Shown here in pieces: positions 44,804 to 53,140 of a DNA stretch of 64,000 bases. Location of the stretch: the NCBI GenBank assembly GCA_964532415.1, contig CAZHHN010000001.1:11946-75945 (forward strand), read 5' to 3'. This DNA is from an uncultured Gammaproteobacteria bacterium (GTDB taxonomy: Bacteria > Patescibacteriota > Patescibacteriia > SG8-24 > DYFX01). Every line of letters begins with the position of its first letter. The stretch's first letter is position 1. The notes beneath the pieces are model-generated. The model was not told where the DNA came from and did not search any database. It saw nothing but the letters and a program-made list of their open reading frames with translations. The translations under genes were made by a program, and so were the position numbers.

Positions 44804-46114
44804 ATGTCCAAGATTCACATCAAGAGTTCGCTGCTGAACAATGTCACAGGCGACATGGATGCCACGAAGGTGCGGGTGCTTGGGCGGTATCTGATCGAAG
44901 GCGAAATTGGCAAAGGAGGCATGGGCATGGTGTTTCGGGCCTATGACCGGACGCTTGAACGCCACGTGGCGATCAAGCTCATCCAGGCTCCAGGACCGTC
45001 GGGGCTCTCGGTAAGATTGGATCCAGATCATCAGAAGGCCCTGCAACGGTTTCAACAGGAGGCCCGGGCCGCGGCCAACGTTCGGCATCCGAACGTTGTC
45101 CAGGTCTACGAACTGCAGACAGACCCCCAGGGATTCTGCTATCTCGTGATGGAATACGTGCGTGGCGAGACGCTCTCCAAATTGCTCGCGCGCCGATTGA
45201 GTACGTCCCGGAAACCGTTCGAGCCGCGCGAGGCGATTCACCTCGTGGACCAAGTGCTCCAAGGTTTGGGGGCGGTGCATCAGGCCGGTTTCGTCCATCG
45301 CGATATTAAGCCGAGCAATGTGATGGTCACGGCTGGGGGAGGCGTCGTCGTCGTCGATTTCGGCGTGGTCAAAGATGTCCAACGGGATGGAGACTTGACC
45401 CGGACCAGTATTGTTCCGGGATCGGTGTCGTACATGGCGCCGGAGCAGATCAACCGGGAGCCGATCGATGCGCGGACCGATATCTACGCCGTCGGCGTCC
45501 TGCTCTACAGCCTGTTGGTGGGCACCTTACCTTTCGAAGGCGACAACGATGTGGAGGTCCTGCAGCAACACCTGCGCGCCACCGTGCCGTCCCTGGGCCA
45601 CCGGTGCGGTCGCTTGAGCGGCGGTCTGGACGCCATCATCGCACGGGCGATGGCGAAAGTTCCGCAAGAACGCTTCCAGAGCGCGCAAGAAATGCGGCGG
45701 GCCCTGCAAAATCTGCTCAGCCCGCCGGCACCGAAGAAATCGAGAGGGTATCTCGCACCCGTTCTGGCGAGTCTGGCGGCCATCGTTGCCGCCGCCGCGC
45801 TCCTCTATGAGCGTTGGCCGTCGGATGATGAACCGATTGTGATCGGCGAGCAGGCCGAGATTTCAGGATCATCCCCGAAATCCGTGCCGATCGGCCCCGA
45901 TCTCTCGAAGTTCGCGGTCCCGCCGCCCAGCCAGCAGGATTGCAGGAGCGGCACTCAGGCCGAACAGTCCTACTGTCTCTGCGGCCTGTATGCCATTGGG
46001 CAACAGCTCGGGCAGCACTCCGATGCTTGCCGCGACGCGCTCAACCGCCTTCCGAGAGGCGACGCGCGCAAAGAACGCGTTTGGGGATGGTTGCGCGCCG
46101 CATCGGTTCATTAG
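44804..46114 (+). CDS. Hanks-type Ser/Thr protein kinase with TM helix and Cys-rich external tail
   Basis: AGGAGG SD; IGKGGMG.V, VAIK, HRDIKPSN, DFG, YMAPEQ and DIYAVG; TM near the C-terminus. Confidence 0.95.
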   Translation: MSKIHIKSSLLNNVTGDMDATKVRVLGRYLIEGEIGKGGMGMVFRAYDRTLERHVAIKLIQAPGPSGLSVRLDPDHQKALQRFQQEARAAANVRHPNVVQVYELQTDPQGFCYLVMEYVRGETLSKLLARRLSTSRKPFEPREAIHLVDQVLQGLGAVHQAGFVHRDIKPSNVMVTAGGGVVVVDFGVVKDVQRDGDLTRTSIVPGSVSYMAPEQINREPIDARTDIYAVGVLLYSLLVGTLPFEGDNDVEVLQQHLRATVPSLGHRCGRLSGGLDAIIARAMAKVPQERFQSAQEMRRALQNLLSPPAPKKSRGYLAPVLASLAAIVAAAALLYERWPSDDEPIVIGEQAEISGSSPKSVPIGPDLSKFAVPPPSQQDCRSGTQAEQSYCLCGLYAIGQQLGQHSDACRDALNRLPRGDARKERVWGWLRAASVH

Positions 46115-46247
46115 CACGATTCTCTGGGAGCAGGCATTGCGATGCCGCTCCTTTTTCTTATCTGTGCAAAATGCACGCGTCGTGAAGGTTCATTGCGGTC
46201 ATGGTACAATGGCTCGTACACAAAATTATTCATCTGTTTTTCAATCC

Positions 46248-46733
46248 ATGACCCTGAACGCGCGTTTTTCTCTTCTTATCTGCAGCAGCCTTCTTTTTGC
46301 GGGCGCCGGCTGCGCTTCGATTTCTCCGGCCTCGCCTCCGTACGTGCCGGTAACGGCCCCGTCGCCGGTCCCGCCGCCCGAGCCCGCGCCGACTCCTGCA
46401 TCCGGCACGCTTGAAGTGGGCGAGAAGGATAAGAATGCGACGTTGCCTGCGACGGTCGGGGAAATCGTCGATCTCGTTCTGCACAGCACGTATTGGACGA
46501 TTCAGCGTCCCGATGCGGCGATCCTGAAGCCACTGATGCCGGAGCCGAAGGTCACCCCCGATTTCAGGGGCGTGCCCGGTTCCGGTTCGGGAACCGTTGA
46601 GATGCGTTATCAGGTCATCGGAGCCGGGACGGCGCAGCTGAGCGCCACGCGCACCTCATGCGGCGAAGCGATGCTCTGTACGGGTGAAAACGGGAAATTC
46701 CGGGTGTCAATCACCGCGACGCGGCCGGAGTAA
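46248..46733 (+). CDS. lipoprotein with Pro-rich linker and chagasin/Ig-like domain
   Basis: LLFAGAG|C lipobox; P-rich linker; VGEIV.L.L, GSG.G...Y...GAGTA.L. Confidence 0.7.
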   Translation: MTLNARFSLLICSSLLFAGAGCASISPASPPYVPVTAPSPVPPPEPAPTPASGTLEVGEKDKNATLPATVGEIVDLVLHSTYWTIQRPDAAILKPLMPEPKVTPDFRGVPGSGSGTVEMRYQVIGAGTAQLSATRTSCGEAMLCTGENGKFRVSITATRPE

Positions 46734-46771
46734 GCCGTCGCACCGCGAAAATTCCCTGCAATCCCGGTTGC

Positions 46772-46806
46772 GAAAAATCCCCTCCGACACGGAAGGGGAT
46801 TTTTCT
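46772..46806. terminator. bidirectional terminator
   Basis: GAAAAATCCCCT..AGGGGATTTTTC between convergent genes. Confidence 0.7.
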
Positions 46807-46864
46807 GGTACACGCATCCTATTCTCAAATCGCAAAACGCTCCCGTTCGGGGGAGCGTTCGGCA

Positions 46865-46942
46865 TGGTACCGCGTAGGGGATTCGAACCCCTGATCTTCT
46901 GGCTGAGAACCAGACGTCCTAACCGGGCTAGACGAACGCGGC
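46865..46942 (-). tRNA. tRNA-Glu(CTC)
   Basis: Reverse complement GCCGCGT...TCTGG-TTCTCAG-CCAGA...GGTTCGAATCC...ACCA. Confidence 0.96.
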
Positions 46943-47085
46943 AGGCTCGTTCACATTCGCATTGGGGCCCTCGGAACATTCGACAGGCTAGCACGCCGGT
47001 GCGGGTTTGTCCAGGGAAGTGGTATCAATCGGAAGATTGACGGAAAACCTTTTTACCGTTACGCTGGGCCGCACGCCCGGCGTAT

Positions 47086-48048
47086 ATGTTTTCCTGGAAA
47101 GACGCCAAAAAACCGATCGTCGCGCTGTCGCCGATGGCCGACATGACCGACTCCGAGTTTTGCCTGATCGCCAAGCGTTTCGGGGCCAGGATTGTGTTCC
47201 GTGAAATGGTCGCCTCCGAAGCGCTCGTGCGGCAGAACGACAAGACGCTCGGGATGGCCGCCTTCGACGAGCGCGAGCGCCCGATCATCCAGCAGATCTT
47301 CGGCGCCGATCCGGACGTCATGGCCGAAGCGGCCCGCGTCGTCGAGGAACGCTTCCATCCGGACGGCATCGACGTCAACATGGGCTGCCCGGTCTATAAG
47401 ATCACCTCGAATTTCAACGGTGCCGCGCTCATGAAGGAACCGGAACGTGCCGCCGCCATCGTCCGGAAAATGAAGGCCGCCGTTTCGGTCCCGGTGTCGG
47501 TCAAGATCCGCCTCGGCTGGGGCGATCCGCGCGAATGCCTCGACTTCGCCCCGATCCTGGAACAATCCGGCGCCGATCTGCTGACCGTCCACGGGCGCAC
47601 CAAAGCGCAGGGCTATTCCGGCAGCGCCGACTGGACGATGGTCGGCGGCGTCAAAAAGCGCGTCTCGATCCCGGTGCTCGTGAACGGCGACGTGCATACG
47701 CCCGAGGCGGCCGTGCCGGCCATGGCCCAGTCCGGCGCCGACGGCACGCTGGTGGCCCGCGGCGCGCTCGGCAATCCCTGGATCCTGAAACAGATCGAAG
47801 AGATGCTGGAAGACGGAAAGGTTTCGACCGTCGTCGATGACGCGACGCGCGCCCGGACGGCGCTTGAGCATCTTGAGCTGATGATCGCGCGGCACGGCGA
47901 GGAGCGCGGCGTCGTGCTGATGCGCAAGCACTTCGCCTGGTATTTCAAGGGCGGCCGCGACTCCAAAGAAGTCCGTCAGGCCCTGAATCGGGCCGGAACG
48001 CGTGCGGAAGTCGGAACGGCATTGGAGCATTTCCGGATGCTGGCCTGA
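47086..48048 (+). CDS. dusB: tRNA-dihydrouridine synthase
   Basis: LSPMA, DVNMGCP, GAALMK, KIRLGW, VHGRT and NGDV. Confidence 0.93.
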   Translation: MFSWKDAKKPIVALSPMADMTDSEFCLIAKRFGARIVFREMVASEALVRQNDKTLGMAAFDERERPIIQQIFGADPDVMAEAARVVEERFHPDGIDVNMGCPVYKITSNFNGAALMKEPERAAAIVRKMKAAVSVPVSVKIRLGWGDPRECLDFAPILEQSGADLLTVHGRTKAQGYSGSADWTMVGGVKKRVSIPVLVNGDVHTPEAAVPAMAQSGADGTLVARGALGNPWILKQIEEMLEDGKVSTVVDDATRARTALEHLELMIARHGEERGVVLMRKHFAWYFKGGRDSKEVRQALNRAGTRAEVGTALEHFRMLA

Positions 48049-48117
48049 GGTTTCGGTCGGCTGGAACCGCCCGGTCCGAGCTGCTATAGTGCGCCTAGCT
48101 TCAATGCCAAGCCCGTT

Positions 48118-48810
48118 ATGGCCGAATTCTGGCGTCAGGTTTTCGTCTATCCGTTGCTCGATGTCCTGATCCTGTTTTATAACACCATCGCCTTCCAGAA
48201 CCTGGGCGTGGCCGTGATCGAAATGACGGTGCTGCTGCGCCTCGTTTTGCTGCCGATCAACGTCCTGGCCGAGAAGGACACCGCCCGCTACGAACGCCTC
48301 GAACAGGAAGTCGCCGGTATCCAGAAGGCCTTCAAAGCCGATGAGGTCATGGCCAACGACCATATCCGCGCGCTGCTCAAAAAGCGCAGGATCAGCCCGT
48401 GGGCCAAGACGCTCATCCTGTTCGTGCAGCTGCTTGTGCTGCTCGTGCTCTATCAGGTTTTCCTGCGCGGCATCAACGCGCACCTCGACCATCTGGCGGA
48501 CTGGGCCGGCCGGCCGCTCATGCCGATCAACACCACCTTTTTCGGCTTCGAGCTCGGCCGGCGCAATATTCTCTGGGCCTTGGCGGTCGGCTTCTACCTG
48601 TTTCTCGAAATCCTGTACGCGCAGCGCAAGGTCGCGCGCCTCCTGGGCCGGCAGGATGCCGTTTACCGTTACGCTTTTCCGCTCTTCAGCATCGTGGTAC
48701 TGTCGCTGCTGCCGATGGCCAAAAGCCTGTTCGTGCTGACCTCGATGACCTTCTCCCTCGCCGTTTCATCCTTCCGCCGCCTGCTATGGCCGACCGCCTC
48801 GACCAAATGA
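48118..48810 (+). CDS. yidC: YidC/Oxa1 family membrane insertase
   Basis: NLGVAVI..TVLLR.VLLP; coiled segment; P....L..Q..VL..LYQVF. Confidence 0.8.
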   Translation: MAEFWRQVFVYPLLDVLILFYNTIAFQNLGVAVIEMTVLLRLVLLPINVLAEKDTARYERLEQEVAGIQKAFKADEVMANDHIRALLKKRRISPWAKTLILFVQLLVLLVLYQVFLRGINAHLDHLADWAGRPLMPINTTFFGFELGRRNILWALAVGFYLFLEILYAQRKVARLLGRQDAVYRYAFPLFSIVVLSLLPMAKSLFVLTSMTFSLAVSSFRRLLWPTASTK

Positions 48811-49364
48811 TGTATTCGTTCGTGATGGAAGACGTCCTGAAAGGGCTCTTCATTCACGTCCCGCCCGGTTATGTTGCCTGTGTCTACGACCTGGGCCGCG
48901 GCGTTTTGAAAAAAGTGATGATGCCGGGGCTGCACCTCAAGATCCCGTTCTGGCAGAAAGCCAAGCTCTTCAACACCCAGACGCTCGAGTATTCGATCTC
49001 GCACGATTTCCAGCCCGAGCAGATCAAGGCCATGGGGGATACGCCCATCAACGCGCAGACGGCCGACGGCCGGCGCATCCTGATCGAAGGCACCATCCTG
49101 CTGCGCCTCGACATCGAGCAGATCCCGATGATCTGGCAGAACATCGGCGACGACTTCGTGCAGAAGATCGTCCGCCCGACCATCCGCAGCCGCCTGCGCA
49201 TGCTGGCCGCCCGCTACCCGTTTTCCGACGTCGTCTCGGTCCGGCGTGACCAGGTCGAGATCGAAACCAAGCAGGAACTTGAGCGCATTTTCTTCCCGCG
49301 CGGCATCCGCGTCGAAAACGTGCTGCTTTCCGAAATCAGCGAGCCGCAGGCATCCGAGGATTGA
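48807..49364 (+). CDS. SPFH/prohibitin family protein
   Basis: VPPG, PGLH.KIPF.Q, TADG, IVRP.IRS and GI.VENVLL.EI; ATGA overlap with yidC. Confidence 0.85.
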   Translation: MMYSFVMEDVLKGLFIHVPPGYVACVYDLGRGVLKKVMMPGLHLKIPFWQKAKLFNTQTLEYSISHDFQPEQIKAMGDTPINAQTADGRRILIEGTILLRLDIEQIPMIWQNIGDDFVQKIVRPTIRSRLRMLAARYPFSDVVSVRRDQVEIETKQELERIFFPRGIRVENVLLSEISEPQASED

Positions 49365-49384
49365 AAAGAAAAAAACCGCGCGCG

Positions 49385-50038
49385 TCAGGAAGACAGGCGC
49401 GGCAGAACCGAACGCTGTAGGCGTTCGAGCGCGAACCCGAAGGTGAACCAGAGCGGCACGAAGGCGGGATTGATATAGCGTTCCCAGGCGACCGGCGAAT
49501 TCACGTAGCGCCACGGGCAGGCCCCGAGGATGCTTTCGAGCAGCCAGCCCCAGCCGTATTCGCAGATGAAGATGAACGCGACGTAGCCGAGCCCGCGGAG
49601 ATACCACGGCAGGGAAAAGAATCTCGGCCAGCGCCGCTCAAGCAGGTGGAATCCGAATGTGGCGGAGAGCGCATAGACCGGAATGCTCCAAAGGCTGGTG
49701 CGGCAGGGCAGCGCCGGATCGATCGCCGATCCGTCCAGCGCCCGCTGCAGCGCGTCCCTGATGCCCGTCGAAAGCGCTTCGGCCGAAAGACCGATGGCGA
49801 CATAGACCGCGAAGGCGACGAGCAGGCGGTGCATCTCGGGCGTTCTGGCCCGCGGCCACGTCCGTGACAGGCAGTCAGAGAGCGCCGCGCCAGGCACGAC
49901 GGGTTTTTGGGCCGTGCCGCAGGTCTTGCACCCGAGGCGTCCTCCGTCGCTGGAACGCGTAAAAGGAGTCAGCGGGCCGTGTTTCGGATCGAGCCTGCAA
50001 AGCAACCTGTCGGGATCGGGCAGTCTCTTGCGCATCAT
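49385..50038 (-). CDS. CmpB/TMEM229-like membrane protein, possibly with N-terminal Zn-ribbon
   Basis: TSLWSIPVY, EY..GWLL...G.CPW.Y and PLWF; GGAGGT SD supports start at 50038 (C..H..CxxC N-terminus); alternative start 49834. Confidence 0.75.
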   Translation of the reverse strand: MMRKRLPDPDRLLCRLDPKHGPLTPFTRSSDGGRLGCKTCGTAQKPVVPGAALSDCLSRTWPRARTPEMHRLLVAFAVYVAIGLSAEALSTGIRDALQRALDGSAIDPALPCRTSLWSIPVYALSATFGFHLLERRWPRFFSLPWYLRGLGYVAFIFICEYGWGWLLESILGACPWRYVNSPVAWERYINPAFVPLWFTFGFALERLQRSVLPRLSS

Positions 50039-50148
50039 CCACCTCCGTGGCGCTCCATCCAGAGTATGGTGATGGGACGCGGGGCGTCAAGCAGGTGATC
50101 TTGACGGCCGCGGGCATTCGGGGTAGGAAGGTGGACAGGAGGTTGAAC

Positions 50149-50307
50149 GTGAAACTGCCCGCCGACATGCTCGGGGAAACCACCGTTGCCATTCTCGATT
50201 TCTTGGTGTTCGACTGCCTATTGCCGGCCGTCGATGCCTTCGACCGTCTCATGGAGTCATGGGTATGGCTGTGGGTGACCACATTGCTCTACGGCAGTGA
50301 AATGTGA
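50149..50307 (+). CDS. small hydrophobic peptide (52 aa)
   Basis: TTGACG-17-TAGGAA promoter, AGGAGG SD, GTG start. Confidence 0.45.
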   Translation: MKLPADMLGETTVAILDFLVFDCLLPAVDAFDRLMESWVWLWVTTLLYGSEM

Positions 50308-50514
50308 CCGGCCGCTTGCCTACGCCGAGCTTGGTTCTGCTGGTGCTGTCCCTGCCGGATGGCCATGGCGATGAACTACGCTACCGGCCGAAGACGTTCG
50401 TGACGCCTGACCGCATGCGGGAATCAGGCGCGCAAGAAGCGTAAATCGCTCCGTCTCTCCCGACGCGCTTCGACGGATCGTCTCCTGTCCCGCCGCTGGC
50501 GCTAGTCCGTTCTC

Positions 50515-50542
50515 AGCCCTGACACGTTCAGGGTTTTCTTTT
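50515..50542 (+). terminator. intrinsic terminator
   Basis: AGCCCTGA-CACGT-TCAGGGTT-TTCTTTT. Confidence 0.7.
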
Positions 50543-50550
50543 ATCCGCGC

Positions 50551-50846
50551 AAAAAGAAAGACGGACTCGGAGGTGAGAGTCCGTCCAGAGAGGCGCTTCC
50601 TTGCATAAGCGCCCCATCCCGGTGCCGAAGGCTCGTCGGCCTGGCAAAGAGCGGTTCTCACCTCAAGGGGAGATCACGCTCAATGGCACGTTGGATAGGC
50701 AAGGGAACTCCGCGGGTGGGACGGAGCGCTCGAATTGCCTATCTCAACTTGGGATGATCGCCTGGTCTCGTGCATGTCCTGTGAACGAGACCTTTTCTCG
50801 ACGTCCACGCGGCCGCGGGTTGGGACCGCGGCTGGGGTCGTCGAAG
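50551..50846 (-). ncRNA. candidate structured non-coding RNA of unknown family
   Basis: Own promoter and terminator; at least seven helices; no credible ORF. Confidence 0.6.
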
Positions 50847-50851
50847 GCCTA

Positions 50852-50881
50852 AACCTACCACCAACGTTCCAAATTCGTCAA
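50852..50881 (-). promoter_or_regulatory. sigma70 promoter for the candidate ncRNA
   Basis: Minus strand TTGACG-18 nt-TAGGTT with TG extension. Confidence 0.6.
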
Positions 50882-51339
50882 GTGGCGGCGGCCTCGCGAC
50901 GCTTCATGGCGCGGACCGTTCCGATCCCCAGGATCACGCCGAAGAGCGAGAGGATAAAGCAGGCGAACACGGGGAGCCAGACGACTGTCAATGAATCGAT
51001 CTCTGCATGGCGCGGATTCGCCGGGTCGTAACGGACGTTGACGGTCTCGCCGACCACGGGCTGCGCGCCACCGCCCATCGAAGACGTGAACTGGTAGGAA
51101 ACGTGTCCGGGCGTCGAAAACTCGACGACCGGCGCATACGTCGGGACCCTTTTTCTGGTTGTACTGGAAACGGGTGCCCGGCCGACGACTTTTCCGATGG
51201 CCGGCGCTCCGCCTAAGATTTGGGTGGCACGCACCAGGAAAATGACCGTTCCGATCGTGCAGAGCGCCGCTCCGCCGAAACCGACGATGATCCCGTTTTT
51301 CAGGGGATTTTTCCGAAGGGTCTCGCCGGAGGTTTCCAT
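50878..51339 (-). CDS. DUF3592-like membrane protein
   Basis: TM - G.VV...Y.PVVEF...GE.V.V.YDP.NP..A.I - TM. Confidence 0.8.
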   Translation of the reverse strand: METSGETLRKNPLKNGIIVGFGGAALCTIGTVIFLVRATQILGGAPAIGKVVGRAPVSSTTRKRVPTYAPVVEFSTPGHVSYQFTSSMGGGAQPVVGETVNVRYDPANPRHAEIDSLTVVWLPVFACFILSLFGVILGIGTVRAMKRREAAAT

Positions 51340-51384
51340 GGGTAAAAGTTTGGATTACGTCTCTATCGTAGCAGAGAATGGCTC

Positions 51385-51422
51385 TTGACGTCTTCTTAGC
51401 ACTCCATTAAAGTGAGTGCCAG
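51385..51422 (+). promoter_or_regulatory. CIRCE operator overlapping the hrcA promoter
   Basis: TTAGCACTC-N9-GAGTGCCAG at 51396-51422; TTGACG-17-TAAAGT. Confidence 0.92.
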
Positions 51423-51424
51423 TT

Positions 51425-52126
51425 ATGGAAGCCTTGGATGCCCGCAAGGAAACGCTGCTGAAACTGACGGTTCGGCGCTACATCGAAAGCGCGGAACCGG
51501 TCGGTTCGGCTTGGCTGGCCGACGAATCCGGTCTGGACGTTTCTTCGGCGACGATTCGCAATGAGCTGGCCGATTTGGAAGAGATGGGCTACCTGATGCA
51601 GCCGCATACCTCGGCTGGCCGCGCCCCGTCTGAAACAGGGTATCGTTACTACGTCGACCGCTTTCTGGAAAAGAAAAAGCCCGGCGTCTCCGTTCAGGAA
51701 GCATTGGCAGAGGCGATCGGTGAGGCTGACGATGGCGCGGATCGCCTGCGTCGCGCGGCCAAGACGCTGGCCGGGCTTTCCGGGGAATCGGTCCTGGCCG
51801 CCTTCCGCCCGCGCGACGTCTACTACACCGGACTTTCCAACCTGTTCGCCAAGCCGGAGTTCCGGCAGATCGCCCTGGTCGCCTCGATGTCGCGCATGCT
51901 CGACCACCTCGATGAGGTCATGGAACAGGTCTTTCCGAAAGTCGAGAGCGGTCTCAGCGTCTGGATCGGAAGCGAGAATCCGTTCGGCGCCGAATGTGGA
52001 CTGCTCATCGCCCGCGCGCCGATCGGAAATGCCCACGGCATCCTCGGAGTGCTCGGCCCGATGCGCATGGACTACGACGTCGGCGCGGGCCTGCTCGAGA
52101 CGGCGATCGAGAGACTGCAAGTCTAA
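51425..52126 (+). CDS. hrcA: heat-inducible transcription repressor HrcA (short form)
   Basis: YI..AEPVGS, SSATIRNE...LEE.GYL.QPHTSAGR.P...GYRYYV and LGPMRMDY. Confidence 0.95.
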   Translation: MEALDARKETLLKLTVRRYIESAEPVGSAWLADESGLDVSSATIRNELADLEEMGYLMQPHTSAGRAPSETGYRYYVDRFLEKKKPGVSVQEALAEAIGEADDGADRLRRAAKTLAGLSGESVLAAFRPRDVYYTGLSNLFAKPEFRQIALVASMSRMLDHLDEVMEQVFPKVESGLSVWIGSENPFGAECGLLIARAPIGNAHGILGVLGPMRMDYDVGAGLLETAIERLQV

Positions 52127-52161
52127 TGCGCCCGCGCTCCAAACAAATTTCAAAGCGTGTC

Positions 52162-52258
52162 CGCGATGGACGGGTGGCACCGCAGGCGATATCTCCTGAG
52201 GCGCGCGACAGCGCCGAACGGGGATGTCGCCGAGAGGTGACAGGACCCGTCCGTCGCG
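52162..52258 (+). other. long intergenic RNA hairpin between hrcA and grpE
   Basis: CGCGATGGACGGGT/ACCCGTCCGTCGCG, GGCGATATCTCC/GGGGATGTCGCC and GGCGC/GCGCC nested stems with G-U pairs on the + strand. Confidence 0.75.
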
Positions 52259-52273
52259 AACATCAAGATTTCT

Positions 52274-52789
52274 ATGCCTGACGAAGAAAAGAAAACCGAA
52301 GAACACCAAGGCTGCGGGGACGGCGTCTGCAGGATGCCGCAGAAGCCAGCCGATCTCGAGAAGAAGCTGGAAGAGGCCGTCAGCCAGTCGTTGCGCGCGC
52401 TGGCCGATTACCAGAATCTCCAGAAGGAAGTCGCCCGCGAGCGCGCCGAGATGGGTTCCTACGCCGTTCTGCGCGTGGTCGAGCGCTTCCTGCCCGTCTT
52501 CGACAACTTCAACACCGCCATGAGCCACATGCCCACGTCCGACGACAAGGCGGTGGTCAACTGGGCGGTCGGCGTCGGCTTCATTCAGAAGCAGCTGGAA
52601 GAAGCGCTGCGCTCCCTGGGCCTCACGCCCATCAAGACCGTCGGCGAGCCGTTCGACGCCGCCAGGCATGAAGCCGTCGGCGAGGAAGCATCCGACAGGG
52701 AACACGGCATCATCCTGAAGGAAGTCCAATCCGGCTACGAGATCCTCGGCAAAGTCGTCCGCCCCGCCAAAGTCATCATCGCTCAATAA
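52274..52789 (+). CDS. grpE: nucleotide exchange factor GrpE
   Basis: RALADYQN, LPVFDNF, GEPFD...HEA and GY....VRPA.V. Confidence 0.96.
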   Translation: MPDEEKKTEEHQGCGDGVCRMPQKPADLEKKLEEAVSQSLRALADYQNLQKEVARERAEMGSYAVLRVVERFLPVFDNFNTAMSHMPTSDDKAVVNWAVGVGFIQKQLEEALRSLGLTPIKTVGEPFDAARHEAVGEEASDREHGIILKEVQSGYEILGKVVRPAKVIIAQ

Positions 52790-52810
52790 ACCAAACCCAA
52801 CCCAACGCCC

Positions 52811-53140
52811 ATGGCACCTCTCGTCTTCCAAAGCGAACGCGAATGGCACTCCTTCTACGAGAGCCACCGGTTTTCGTTCAAGGAATGGGAAAACTTCCTG
52901 ATGTTCTTCCAGCTGGACGGCAACATGCTGATCACCATCCCGTCGCGCCGCGTAAGCGACGACGGCACGCCGGAGCGCCAGCAGAAGATCAAGCTGCGCG
53001 ACCTGCCCAAGCACAAGGGCGGCATTTCCAATCTGAAGTTCAGCGTCCAGACCGAAAACAAGCTGGTCACCTTCGACACCAGCGGCCCGGTCTTCAAGGC
53101 GGGATATGAAATGCCGAAGGGGGAGAGGGCGTCGGCGTGA
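52811..53140 (+). CDS. hypothetical protein
   Basis: 109 aa, host-like codon usage, inside the chaperone operon. Confidence 0.75.
   Translation: MAPLVFQSEREWHSFYESHRFSFKEWENFLMFFQLDGNMLITIPSRRVSDDGTPERQQKIKLRDLPKHKGGISNLKFSVQTENKLVTFDTSGPVFKAGYEMPKGERASA

Noticed and set aside
50551-50846. Identification of the structured RNA as RNase P RNA (GAGAAAAGGUC and GCUUAU look faintly like CR-I/CR-V)
   Set aside because: No canonical GAGGAAAGUCC/P4 geometry, and both segments lie in stronger local hairpins; not accepted without an Infernal search.
50320-51031. ORF-track calls 50320-50661(-), 50601-50852(+) and 50735-51031(+)
   Set aside because: No SD or motifs; they run through terminators or overlap a real gene on the opposite strand.
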